Of a stretch of 37,619 bases of DNA, positions 1-9,324 are shown in pieces. Location of the stretch: positions 1 to 37,619 of the IMG/VR virus record IMGVR_UViG_3300025122_000007; one strand, written 5' to 3'. A program made the translations under genes and the position numbers. Source of the DNA: a virus (lineage: Duplodnaviria; Heunggongvirae; Uroviricota; Caudoviricetes). Under the pieces are notes generated by a model. The model saw nothing but the letters and a program-made list of their open reading frames with translations. It made no database searches and was not told the origin of the DNA. Numbering within the stretch: the stretch's first letter is position 1; every line of letters starts with the position of its first letter.

Positions 1-157
1 CACCCCTCAAAGTCTTAACATTGCGTAAAGGGAAGCTAGGATTCGTTCGGCATATAACACAATCAACCATAATCTCTTTAGAATCGCTCATCTTCCCACG
101 AGTATCTGTATAAATATGCTCTTTGCATTGTGTACACTTGTATTCATAGATTGGCAT
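1..157 (-). CDS. FmdB-like zinc-ribbon protein (3' end runs off the window; not in the ORF track)
   Basis: Manual translation from the ATG at 157, which overlaps the upstream TAA: MPIYEYKCTQCKEHIYT...DCVICRT. It has the MPxYEYxCxxC signature plus a second CxxC. Confidence 0.7.
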   Translation of the reverse strand, partial: MPIYEYKCTQCKEHIYTDTRGKMSDSKEIMVDCVICRTNPSFPLRNVKTLRG

Positions 158-339
158 TATCGAGGAACTCTCCTGAAGTTCACTTGGAAGCTCGTCTTGC
201 TAGGCATGCGCCTATGCTTTGTCTTCTCTTCGCATTCAGGACAGTCTTCTTCAACAATGGGTTTGTAGTCTTTGAGCTTAGTGCTCTTTTCAATCACGTG
301 TTCTTCACAGTCCTCACAATTGTATTCGTAAACAGGCAC
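157..339 (-). CDS. FmdB-like zinc-ribbon protein, 60 aa
   Basis: GTG start at 339 after GGAGAAG. MPVYEYNCEDC...DCPECEE gives two CxxC motifs. Confidence 0.75.
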   Translation of the reverse strand: MPVYEYNCEDCEEHVIEKSTKLKDYKPIVEEDCPECEEKTKHRRMPSKTSFQVNFRRVPR

Positions 340-353
340 AGTCTTCTCCTTAT

Positions 354-1364
354 CTACAGCGTCGTCGTCAGTGATATTCCTATTCCCCATAATTCTCCTG
401 GTGAGACCTCGGGGTAAACCCAAAGGTCTGAGATAAGCGGTATGTCTAGCTTACCTAAGTTAAATCCGATGGGGGAAATTGAGAACCTGGTTGACTCTCC
501 GAAATTGACAGATCCCCGGAGAAATCTCCAGTCCTGATCCAGATTTGTAGTACCGTAACCTCCAACAGTGAAACCAATGCTGCTAAAAGCCCAGCTAGTG
601 GAAGTAGGATTAATAGTAGGGGTGAATAAAGAAAGACCAAGATCCACATGTGGGGACCAGAGGGTAAATCTTTTTTGGAGTTCGTTACGCTTTCTGAGGA
701 CGGTAAAATCTTGGACATGTAGGGTCTCGACAGTTGCTCCTGAGTCTGGGTGCACTTCTCGAAGTTCAATCGAGGTATCAATGTTCCCATCAGACTGTTC
801 TGTTTCTACAATATCCAATTCAAATGTCTGTGACAAGTGATACTGAAATGATTCTGAACATATATTTGTCAAAGCTGTGATCCTGAAGTCACTGTAGCCC
901 CACCCACAGTCAACTCCGGGTGCTAGCTCAGCAACTTCTGGCTCTCCGCGATGAGGAGGGTCGTCTCCTGGAAGCCCCTCAAAATCAGGGTCCAGGGAGG
1001 CCTCACGAATGGGGCACTCCCTTGGGACCCTTACAACTCTCGTCCTTACGGGCGTGAGTTTTCCTCCTCCAGAGGAGTCATGAGTTAGAACAGCATGGCC
1101 AACAGAAACAAGTTCTTGCTCAAGTTCTGTGACCTTCTGTTCTAGATTCGTACGTTCGGAAAGAGCTTCTTTTAGTAGATCTTGTGACCTGGTGATGCTG
1201 GTTGCAGCAAGGCCAAGGTCCTCTTTCAGTCTGGTGATCTGTTCAACTGAACGATCATTGGCATTTCTTGATGAATTCTTGCCATAGCCATAGGCCAATC
1301 CGGCAAGCAACAATGCAAGTGTCAAAGATAGGATCTTTAATCCATGCTTAGAAAGGAATGTCAC
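354..1364 (-). CDS. Membrane-anchored protein: N-terminal TM helix, coiled coil, beta-rich C-terminus (possible spanin-like protein)
   Basis: Hydrophobic LSLTLALLLAGLAYGYG, then a heptad region (ITRLKEDL...LEQKVTELEQEL) and a C-terminus of alternating hydrophobic residues. The function is inferred. Confidence 0.45.
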   Translation of the reverse strand: MTFLSKHGLKILSLTLALLLAGLAYGYGKNSSRNANDRSVEQITRLKEDLGLAATSITRSQDLLKEALSERTNLEQKVTELEQELVSVGHAVLTHDSSGGGKLTPVRTRVVRVPRECPIREASLDPDFEGLPGDDPPHRGEPEVAELAPGVDCGWGYSDFRITALTNICSESFQYHLSQTFELDIVETEQSDGNIDTSIELREVHPDSGATVETLHVQDFTVLRKRNELQKRFTLWSPHVDLGLSLFTPTINPTSTSWAFSSIGFTVGGYGTTNLDQDWRFLRGSVNFGESTRFSISPIGFNLGKLDIPLISDLWVYPEVSPGELWGIGISLTTTL

Positions 1365-3927
1365 TGTCTAGCTCCTTTTTCTTGCTCTTGTTCTCCACCC
1401 ACTGACCCTTCTCCCAATGTCCTGTCTCTTGTGCATTCTGTTCTTCGGCGCTTTCAATTCTGCGCCGAATCACGTCAGCTGCTACAGGTACATAGAGTGA
1501 ACGCTCTGGGTGGAAATCATAGAACGTGCTTTCCATCTTGAAGTCCGTGATCTTGTTCTTCTCCCAGATGAACTCAATGGTTGGCTTTCTCTTTCCAATT
1601 CCATTTTCGTATCCGTGAAAACACTTGGTCTTCTCGGGCTTCCCGATCTTTCCGTACTCATCAACCTCTGAGTATAGATGGCCAATGAAGTCTGCATCAT
1701 ATTCCATCTGTACTGTTTCAGAGAGGTTGTTATTACATGGGCGAACCATTGGAGCCAGCTTGTGATACTCCATAGTCGCAATAACTGTGATATGGAGTTT
1801 CTGTGCTATCTCCTGCTTGATCGTATGAGAGAGTTTCTTGAACTTGATTCTCTCATCCATATTGGAGAAGTCGGACACCTTATGAAAGTTGTCCAAGACA
1901 TATACAATATGCTTATTAGGATACTTCTTACGATAGTATCTACATAGATACTGTGCGTAGGACAAGGATGTCCCGTGCTCAATATCTTTAATGACGAGGT
2001 TGTTCTTCATAAGTTCACGAAGAACTTTATAAGCCTCGTCTCTAACAAACTTCAAATCATCGTTCTCACCACTGTGATTCACATGCTTGGTGAAGTAGTT
2101 AGGGTTAGACATCTTGTTAAGTGTGATGTCTACGCCGTACTTTTCAGCAAACGGCAGTGCAAGTTGAGTAATCCACCTGTTGGCAAACATCCTGCGCGTG
2201 TCATCGATAGTATGGACTATGACAACAGTATCATCTGGATTACTCATAGCGAGGTCTAATGACAGACCTGAAAATAGAGCCGTCTTACCGGTGTTTGCTT
2301 TGCCGCCGATAACAATGAGCTTCTGCTCACGCCAATCTCCGTTAAGATTTTGCTCTATATCGCTAAAGTGATGGAGCTTGAAGCCGGCCAAGCCGTCCCC
2401 TCTCTCCTCTTGTTCCTTTTTCATCTGATCTAAGGCAGAGAGCACCTCTTCTGCAGAGAATGCACTCTCTCCTACGATACCGCCTAAAGATTCAATGCGC
2501 CCTAGAGTGGTTTGCAAGATCAGCTCACCACCATCAGGATTCCTTCGAAGCTCTCGAAGGGCTTCTTCGGCAATCTCAAGCTTCTGTTCTGTCAGGTCGT
2601 TCTCAAGACGATTCAGCTGCCTCTCCATCTCATCAGAGATGGCCTTTTCAGAGATGCCTGTATGCTCAGACAATGTCGACACCATCATCTCTCTGCGAAC
2701 CATGTTTGATTCACTGATGATCAATGGAATAGCTTTGGTACATACATCAAGAGCATCTGCATCATGATCAAAGTGTCTTAACACCCACTCAAAGGCATCG
2801 ACGCACTCAAGCTCTTGAAAAGCGTCGACAGACTCTTCTCTTAGGAAGTCATCGGGATCCTTACCGTCAGGTAAGGTCATGATTTCAAAGGAGATTCCTG
2901 TAATTCCAGCCAGTGTGGCTGACTTGTCATCGTCTCCCAAGAAGAGCTTCTTTGCTGCCTCTTGTCCGGCCACGTCACCGTCAAGAACGATGACGACCTT
3001 TCTGACGCCAACTCTTTTAAGGACTGCCACATGACTGCTTGTAAATGCCAAGCCACCAAGTGCACAGCTGTTGTGCATGCCATGAAAGACTGCGGTTCCC
3101 CAGTCAGCGTACCCTTCAAAGATTAAAAGCTTTTCATCCTCACTCTTTCTTGTTCGAAGATAGTTTGAGAGTCCATAAAGTCTAGACCCCTTATAGTAGA
3201 CATTACGTCCGCCCTTTGTATTTACATACTTAGGCGGACGTCTACCGACAGGTCTGATCTCATAGATAGCAACTTTTTCTTCATACAGTAGATCTCTTGC
3301 AGCAAAACCAACAGGTCTTCCATGCTCATCGGTGACTGTAAAGATAAAGTTATTCGGAGAAAAGAGCCGCTCGTCGCTAAGTCCAATCTCATCGAGAAAT
3401 CCAGCGGCAAACTGCCGCTTAAGAGTTTCTCTAAATCCTTGGTAATTATTAACAGATCCGATTTGATACTTTCGACAGAACGGTACATTCCATCCGCGAC
3501 CCTCAATAGCATTCGTAAGAATCTCTCGCTCGTCGAACTGAGAGATGAGCTTAGCTGCATAGGCATAAGCTCTGTAGGTGTCAACGTCAAACTTTTCATC
3601 ATCTGTCAGCTCCTCAAACTCAATAAGTACGTTGTATTTGTTACACAACCACATGACATTGTCAGTGATGTATCCCTTGCCAGAGATCGGTTTGTTATCT
3701 AAATGATGTGCTGCCAACATGATGTTGCCAGATAGACCGCAATTAAAACAGTGAAAGACATTGGCACCGGGAACGACAGACATGTCATCTCCGTCCTTGT
3801 CTTCACAGTTAGGGTTTAAGCACTTGAAATGCTTACCATTTCTTGCATTGATTCCATGTTCTTCCAGGTAATCTATAACAAATGGCTTCAGCCTATCAAT
3901 GGTTTCTTCATATTTAGCTACGCGCAT
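1348..3927 (-). CDS. dnaG: Fused DnaG-type primase / DnaB-like (SF4) helicase
   Basis: Zn finger (CLNPNC...FHCFNCG), KYVNT, TOPRIM motifs IFEGYAD and LDGDVAG, LPDGKDPDD, and C-terminal Walker A GGKANTGKT. Confidence 0.92.
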   Translation of the reverse strand: MRVAKYEETIDRLKPFVIDYLEEHGINARNGKHFKCLNPNCEDKDGDDMSVVPGANVFHCFNCGLSGNIMLAAHHLDNKPISGKGYITDNVMWLCNKYNVLIEFEELTDDEKFDVDTYRAYAYAAKLISQFDEREILTNAIEGRGWNVPFCRKYQIGSVNNYQGFRETLKRQFAAGFLDEIGLSDERLFSPNNFIFTVTDEHGRPVGFAARDLLYEEKVAIYEIRPVGRRPPKYVNTKGGRNVYYKGSRLYGLSNYLRTRKSEDEKLLIFEGYADWGTAVFHGMHNSCALGGLAFTSSHVAVLKRVGVRKVVIVLDGDVAGQEAAKKLFLGDDDKSATLAGITGISFEIMTLPDGKDPDDFLREESVDAFQELECVDAFEWVLRHFDHDADALDVCTKAIPLIISESNMVRREMMVSTLSEHTGISEKAISDEMERQLNRLENDLTEQKLEIAEEALRELRRNPDGGELILQTTLGRIESLGGIVGESAFSAEEVLSALDQMKKEQEERGDGLAGFKLHHFSDIEQNLNGDWREQKLIVIGGKANTGKTALFSGLSLDLAMSNPDDTVVIVHTIDDTRRMFANRWITQLALPFAEKYGVDITLNKMSNPNYFTKHVNHSGENDDLKFVRDEAYKVLRELMKNNLVIKDIEHGTSLSYAQYLCRYYRKKYPNKHIVYVLDNFHKVSDFSNMDERIKFKKLSHTIKQEIAQKLHITVIATMEYHKLAPMVRPCNNNLSETVQMEYDADFIGHLYSEVDEYGKIGKPEKTKCFHGYENGIGKRKPTIEFIWEKNKITDFKMESTFYDFHPERSLYVPVAADVIRRRIESAEEQNAQETGHWEKGQWVENKSKKKELDSDIPF

Positions 3928-4361
3928 TATACGATAATCTTCTTTTCTTCAGGCACTGACATGCCTAGGGCTTCAGCCCTTGTGCGAGTCTGCTCTTTCT
4001 TGAGCCTCTCTTGCATCTCTTTTTCAAAAGCTTCTTGCTTTGCTTCAAGGGGCTCGTCGAATTCAACTCGTCTGATCTCTTTCAGTTCATCAACATCCAA
4101 CTCTAGCTTCTTGATAAGAGCTACCAGGTCACCGGAGTTTCCGATACCAATATTGTAGTTGTTCTGTAAGAGCTTGAAGAGCCTTCCGTTTCCCTGAGCT
4201 CCAATCTCATTGACAATGATCTGTTGGCAGATGGCTAATTGTTGAGCCATCTGCTTCATCATGCCTTCCAGCTGGTCTAAGCGACTAAGTGCACCTACTC
4301 CAGCTTCAGTTGTCGCAGCCTGTCTTTCTGCTTTCGGGTTAATATCTAATGGTTTTGCCAT
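3927..4361 (-). CDS. Hypothetical coiled-coil protein
   Basis: 144-aa ORF coupled to its neighbours; no family recognised. Confidence 0.6.
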   Translation of the reverse strand: MAKPLDINPKAERQAATTEAGVGALSRLDQLEGMMKQMAQQLAICQQIIVNEIGAQGNGRLFKLLQNNYNIGIGNSGDLVALIKKLELDVDELKEIRRVEFDEPLEAKQEAFEKEMQERLKKEQTRTRAEALGMSVPEEKKIIV

Positions 4362-4559
4362 TTATTCAATCACATCAGTGTCCGCTTCTTCCAACTCTTT
4401 ATTGAGTCTTGACACTTCCTCTTGTAGTTCTCTGAGGTAAGCAGTCTTTGCTTCCTCGATAGCTTTACGCTTCCTGATTTGGCTCGCCATGAACCAATTC
4501 GCGGGTAAGCCTAGGCCTTTCGCATAATTGCGCTTCATATTCCGCTTGAAGTTTCCCAC
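4362..4559 (-). CDS. Hypothetical protein, 65 aa
   Basis: GTG start with GGAGG upstream; the stop abuts the next gene. Confidence 0.55.
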   Translation of the reverse strand: MGNFKRNMKRNYAKGLGLPANWFMASQIRKRKAIEEAKTAYLRELQEEVSRLNKELEEADTDVIE

Positions 4560-4752
4560 TTCTGTCCTCCACTTTGCCTAATTTGGGATCAATGTAGCCA
4601 ATAATAGTTCCATCGACTCCAAAGAAAGCACTTCTCATAAGAGGCCTGTCCCAGAACTCCATGAAATCATTGACGCTTTTCTCAGTGTATCCCTTACGAA
4701 GAAGTCCACTTCTACATCTCTCGTCTTGTATTCTTTTGTCATTCCTTGACAT
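4465..4752 (-). CDS. Hypothetical protein (likely start MSRNDK at 4752)
   Basis: ATG immediately after the upstream stop, preceded by GAGGAGG. Overlaps the next ORF by 95 nt. Confidence 0.5.
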   Translation of the reverse strand: MSRNDKRIQDERCRSGLLRKGYTEKSVNDFMEFWDRPLMRSAFFGVDGTIIGYIDPKLGKVEDRSGKLQAEYEAQLCERPRLTRELVHGEPNQEA

Positions 4753-4753
4753 C

Positions 4754-5845
4754 TTAATCCTCCTCGAAAGTAACCAGCCTTGCAAAGGTCATAGGATCAC
4801 CTTCTTTCATGCCCCAGACCCATTGGCTTGCAGCATCTCCTAAGCCAAGAGACTCCGCAAAGTCATCCTTTCCACAAAGACTTCCGCTTCTGAATACAGG
4901 ACATCCAAGAACATATTCGATAGCAGGAGTATGCCAATGGCCACAAGCGGCTACGTCATAGTCATGCTGTAACATCCAGTTCTGCCACTGAGCGGCTGGG
5001 CTTGGAGAGGTCCCCCTCTTTGCCTTGTGTCTCAAGAGGATTCTTTGCCCCTTCACTTCAACTAAGATGAATTGTCTGGAATTGGGATATTCAATTGAGA
5101 TGCTTTCAGGAATCTGATCACATAACAGGTCCAAAATGATATAGATCATTTGGTCCCAGTTTGTCAGTTCATCAGCTGTCTTCGATGTACGTCCATGATT
5201 GCCAGGACAACCTACCACCCTAACGGGTAGTCCTGTGACCTTGTTCATGCGACGGAGAAGCTCAAAGAATCCCTTGGCGGTGTTCTTGACCTGCTCTACT
5301 GCATTCTGTTCGATATGCATTGCTTGCGTGAAGTAGATACCCTCACCATCAATCATGTCGCCGCCCATAAGAACAACGATCTCATCTGCATTTCTCTCAA
5401 GAGCAAAACGACAAGCTTCTTCTGCTACCTTTGAGGCGCGTCGTGCACCGATCTCTGGGTTGAAAAGAACTCGAGTCTTATCTTCTTCATCGGTAATGAT
5501 CTTACCAAAATGCGTATCTGAAAAAAGAACCACAATCGATTCTTTCTCAGATTTTACAGGCGTAAGCTTGCTCTTTGTCGGTCGTGTTTCCTTGACCATC
5601 TCCTTTAGAGTTCTCGCAAAGCCTTGTAAGGCTCTACGAACCTGGAACCTGGTAGCTTGTTGAGGAAGAGAGAGATCTAACTGTTCCAGGTCTTCAACGT
5701 TTTGTACTTTGATCACACTCTCTGTCGTAACGACATTCTTTGGATCACCGTAAGCACTGTCGAGACTGGCTTCGAGCTTCCTTCTCCTTCTTGTATCTGC
5801 GGCCTTGCGAGCTATCTCGCTACGCCGCTCAGCTGTTAATCCCAT
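4754..5845 (-). CDS. Calcineurin-like metallophosphoesterase (Mre11/SbcD-like fold) with a basic N-terminal helix
   Basis: Motifs SDTHFG, GGDMIDG, PGNHGR and GHWH. Confidence 0.85.
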   Translation of the reverse strand: MGLTAERRSEIARKAADTRRRRKLEASLDSAYGDPKNVVTTESVIKVQNVEDLEQLDLSLPQQATRFQVRRALQGFARTLKEMVKETRPTKSKLTPVKSEKESIVVLFSDTHFGKIITDEEDKTRVLFNPEIGARRASKVAEEACRFALERNADEIVVLMGGDMIDGEGIYFTQAMHIEQNAVEQVKNTAKGFFELLRRMNKVTGLPVRVVGCPGNHGRTSKTADELTNWDQMIYIILDLLCDQIPESISIEYPNSRQFILVEVKGQRILLRHKAKRGTSPSPAAQWQNWMLQHDYDVAACGHWHTPAIEYVLGCPVFRSGSLCGKDDFAESLGLGDAASQWVWGMKEGDPMTFARLVTFEED

Positions 5846-5852
5846 GTAACTC

Positions 5853-8800
5853 CTAATATACGGCTTCTATACTCGCGCTTGGAAACGCTTGCTTTACTCT
5901 CTTCATACACTCCTGTGCATCTGCTATAAAAACGGGTACGAATGACCCCTGTCCAATGGAGACTCTGAAACGAGTTCTGCCGCCTTCAAATTTTGGAAGT
6001 AAACGAGATAAAGAGTCTATATCTTCAAATGTGGAGATCTCGAGGTTGAGTTCTGTACACCCATCCTCGACAACCTTCTCCATACTTTGAACCCCATGGA
6101 TCTTTAAGCTGTTCCTTCCCTGATAACTATCTACCTTGCAACTCATGAAGATACCCTTCTTCTCTTGAAGTTCTTCTCTGTATGCTTTGTAGATGTTAGG
6201 CCAAGCCACTACCTCTACGACACCTGACTTATCACCAAGTGTCACAAAGGCCATGGTGCCCTGCTTGATATTCCTTTGTTTGATTCCGCCAACAAACCCA
6301 CCAAGTACAATCATCTCACCTGGTACCAGTGAATCAATATCACTGACCTGATGAGTGACCTTGGATTTCAATAGGCTTATATAGGAGTCCAGAGGATGTC
6401 CGGTCAAGAAGATACCGAGTGCTTCACACTCGTTCATCAACTCTTGAGCCTTGTCCGCTGGCACCTTAGGAATGAAGAACTCATCAGATTCATTCTCTAA
6501 GAGAGTCATCTGTCCTGTTCTTCTGCTGTCTTTGAAATGTCTTGCTTTGTTTACTGCATCCTCATAGCCAAACTCGAGTTGTCCTCGAGTATGACCTAGC
6601 CCATCAAAAGCTCCTGCATATACAAGAGCCAAAATGTTATTACGCTTGCACTGTCCGAGGTTAACACGCTTGGCAAAATTGTATATATTGCTAAACGAAC
6701 CTGACTTGCGAGCTTCGAAGATACCTTTGAGCGCACTTGGTCCTACTCCTTTGATGGCCTCCAGGCCAAATAAGATGTCTCCATCCTTTACGTTGAATCC
6801 AATACCTGAATGATTGATGTCAGGAGAAAGAACCTTTACTCCTACCTTCTTCGCTTCTTCTACAAGAACATGAATGGCATCAAAATCACCAGTCTTTACA
6901 GTCATGTATGCTGCCAAGAATTCTGCTGGATAATGATGTTTCAGGTATGCTGTCTGATAGGCCAAGATGGCATAGCAGATAGAGTGTGCCTTGTTGAAGC
7001 AATAGTCAGAGAAGTTATAGATGTCAGTCCATGCACTCTTGATTTCTGAAAGCTTAAACCCCTTCTCTTGAGCGCCGTTAAAGAACCTTACCTTTAGCGC
7101 AGCCATTTCCTTTGGCTTTTTCTTGCCAATCGCTCTTCGCATGAGATCAGCTTCTCCAAGGGAGAATCCTGCGAATTCCTGCGCAATCTTAAGGACTTGT
7201 TCTTGATAGACAAGGACTCCGTTCGTCGATGCCAAAATCTTTGCAATCTCAGGTAGAGTCGTCCACCCAGCAATCGCATTCTCCTTTTCTTTTCTAACAT
7301 CCAAGATGGTACGAACCATACCCATCTTAAGGGGACCTGGACGATAGAGAGCGATGACAGAAGAAAGATCTTCTACGCTCTTGGGCTGGAAGCCGGTACC
7401 AAAGTCCCGCATTCCTTTTTCTTCGAACTGGAAGATACCATAGCTGTTACCTTTTGCAAAGATGTTCTCGAAGACCTTCAAATCATCAAGAGGAACATCC
7501 TCTATCATGAATTCAGGCTTATCCTTCTGAATCATCTGCACAGACAGATCAATGGCATCAAGAGCTGCAAGGCCAAGGAAGTCATACTTCACATAACCTG
7601 CCTCTTCAACCTCGTTCATATCAAACTGGGTTACGGCCACACCAGTGTCGGCATTGACCTTTCCAAGGGGAATCTGATCAAACAAAGGCTGGTCATGAAT
7701 GACCACTCCACTTGGATGAACAGAGGTGTGTCTTCTAAGTGACTCTAATTGCTCAGCAATGTCACAGACCTTCTTAAAGGTCTTGTCTTCTGAATACTTC
7801 TTCTTGAAACGGGCATTCTCGTGACAATAGGCAGCCTTCCACAGACCTTCTTCGTCCTTCTCTGTCTTCTTTGTAAGGGTGACACGATGCCTGCCCTGTC
7901 CACCCTTCTCTTCCTCTGGAATGAAGCCAGCGTGTTCTGACTGCTTCTTCCCATCGAATCCCAGGACTCTCGTGACGTCTCTGATCAGTCCGCGAGGCTT
8001 CAGGAAGGCTTGGGTACCAATTTGTGCTACACAGTCCTTACCATACTTCTCTGCGGCCCATTGAATCAGCTCGTTTCGTCTTGACCTTTGGAAGTCAGTG
8101 TCGAAATCGGGCATAGATACTCTGTGAGGGTTAAGGAAACGCTCAAAATATAAATCATACTCAATCGGATCAACGTCAGTAATACCAAGGCAATACGCCA
8201 CCAACGAGCCCGCTCCGGATCCACGGCCTGGTCCAACTCTGATATTAAGCGATCTAGCTGCTTCGATATACTCCTGGACAACCAAGAAGTAACTCTCGTA
8301 GCCCATCTCTTTGATAATCCTAAGCTCATACTTGAACCTGTCCTCATACTCCCTGCTAAGCTCAGACTCCATTGCATCAGGAAATCTGTTGGCAAAGCCT
8401 TTCGTAGCCTCGACCAAAAGCTCCTTCTTCCCCATATTGGGGAGATAGATCTTTGTCTTGCCCCACTCGACCTTGCAGTTCTCTGCAATCTCGTGCGCTG
8501 TAAAGGCGGCCTTCTTCTGGCCAATGCCATCAAATGCTTCACAGATCTCATCGGTAGTCTCTACAGAGAACTGCTTCGGTTGAAACTTGTGTCTATCAGG
8601 ATCATCAAGCATCTTGTTCATGCCTACGCAGAAATTGATGTCCTGAAAATAGTCATCCTTCTTTTCTAAGTAGTGACAGTCGTTCGTTCCGACTGTCTTG
8701 ATACCAGTTCTCTTGGCAAGAGCTATGATCGCATCGTTGAATGGTGTCTGGTCAGGCTCACCATTGAGCATGATCTCCAAGAAATACGAATCACCCATCA

Positions 8801-9317
8801 GAGTCTTGTACCTATCTGCGATCAGATCAAGACCAGTGTTTTCATTCCTGTGTGCATCAGCCAACTCAGACCCCAGACATCCACTAAGAATGATGAGTCC
8901 CTCACGGTACTCCTCAATCATCTTGTGATCCATTCTTGGTTGAGTGTAGAACCCCTCATTCCATGCCCTGCTCATGAGAGCGGTCAAGTTTTTAAGTCCT
9001 GTATTGTCTCTGGCAAGAATAGTCAGATGATTGGATGAGCCCTTGTTGCTCCACTTCCGCCCAGCGACATTCGTATCCTTACCACGACACTTGATGATGT
9101 CAGGTACTACATAGGCTTCTACACCTGGAATGTAATTGATACCATACTTCTCAGCAGCCTTCTTCATTTCCCAGATGGAGGAGATGGTTCCATGATCGGT
9201 CACGGCTACGTGATCCATACCATTCTCTTTACATCTTCTCATCAAGTCGTCTGCCTTGATGGTTCCATCAAGAAGACTGTGATCTGAATGCAAGTGTAAG
9301 TGTGCAAACTTATTCAT
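5853..9317 (-). CDS. dnaE: DNA polymerase III alpha subunit (family C)
   Basis: PHP domain HLHLHSDHSLLDG...TDHG, GPGRGSGAGSL, RVSMPDFDTDF, KYDFLGL, FNKAHS and a C-terminal OB fold. Confidence 0.98.
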   Translation of the reverse strand: MNKFAHLHLHSDHSLLDGTIKADDLMRRCKENGMDHVAVTDHGTISSIWEMKKAAEKYGINYIPGVEAYVVPDIIKCRGKDTNVAGRKWSNKGSSNHLTILARDNTGLKNLTALMSRAWNEGFYTQPRMDHKMIEEYREGLIILSGCLGSELADAHRNENTGLDLIADRYKTLMGDSYFLEIMLNGEPDQTPFNDAIIALAKRTGIKTVGTNDCHYLEKKDDYFQDINFCVGMNKMLDDPDRHKFQPKQFSVETTDEICEAFDGIGQKKAAFTAHEIAENCKVEWGKTKIYLPNMGKKELLVEATKGFANRFPDAMESELSREYEDRFKYELRIIKEMGYESYFLVVQEYIEAARSLNIRVGPGRGSGAGSLVAYCLGITDVDPIEYDLYFERFLNPHRVSMPDFDTDFQRSRRNELIQWAAEKYGKDCVAQIGTQAFLKPRGLIRDVTRVLGFDGKKQSEHAGFIPEEEKGGQGRHRVTLTKKTEKDEEGLWKAAYCHENARFKKKYSEDKTFKKVCDIAEQLESLRRHTSVHPSGVVIHDQPLFDQIPLGKVNADTGVAVTQFDMNEVEEAGYVKYDFLGLAALDAIDLSVQMIQKDKPEFMIEDVPLDDLKVFENIFAKGNSYGIFQFEEKGMRDFGTGFQPKSVEDLSSVIALYRPGPLKMGMVRTILDVRKEKENAIAGWTTLPEIAKILASTNGVLVYQEQVLKIAQEFAGFSLGEADLMRRAIGKKKPKEMAALKVRFFNGAQEKGFKLSEIKSAWTDIYNFSDYCFNKAHSICYAILAYQTAYLKHHYPAEFLAAYMTVKTGDFDAIHVLVEEAKKVGVKVLSPDINHSGIGFNVKDGDILFGLEAIKGVGPSALKGIFEARKSGSFSNIYNFAKRVNLGQCKRNNILALVYAGAFDGLGHTRGQLEFGYEDAVNKARHFKDSRRTGQMTLLENESDEFFIPKVPADKAQELMNECEALGIFLTGHPLDSYISLLKSKVTHQVSDIDSLVPGEMIVLGGFVGGIKQRNIKQGTMAFVTLGDKSGVVEVVAWPNIYKAYREELQEKKGIFMSCKVDSYQGRNSLKIHGVQSMEKVVEDGCTELNLEISTFEDIDSLSRLLPKFEGGRTRFRVSIGQGSFVPVFIADAQECMKRVKQAFPSASIEAVY

Positions 9318-9324
9318 GAATTCC

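Noticed and set aside
4550-4560. GGGAAAC slippery heptamer in the overlap of two small ORFs
   Set aside because: The phase is wrong for a -1 shift from the upstream ORF into the downstream one, and the downstream ORF has its own GGAGG RBS.
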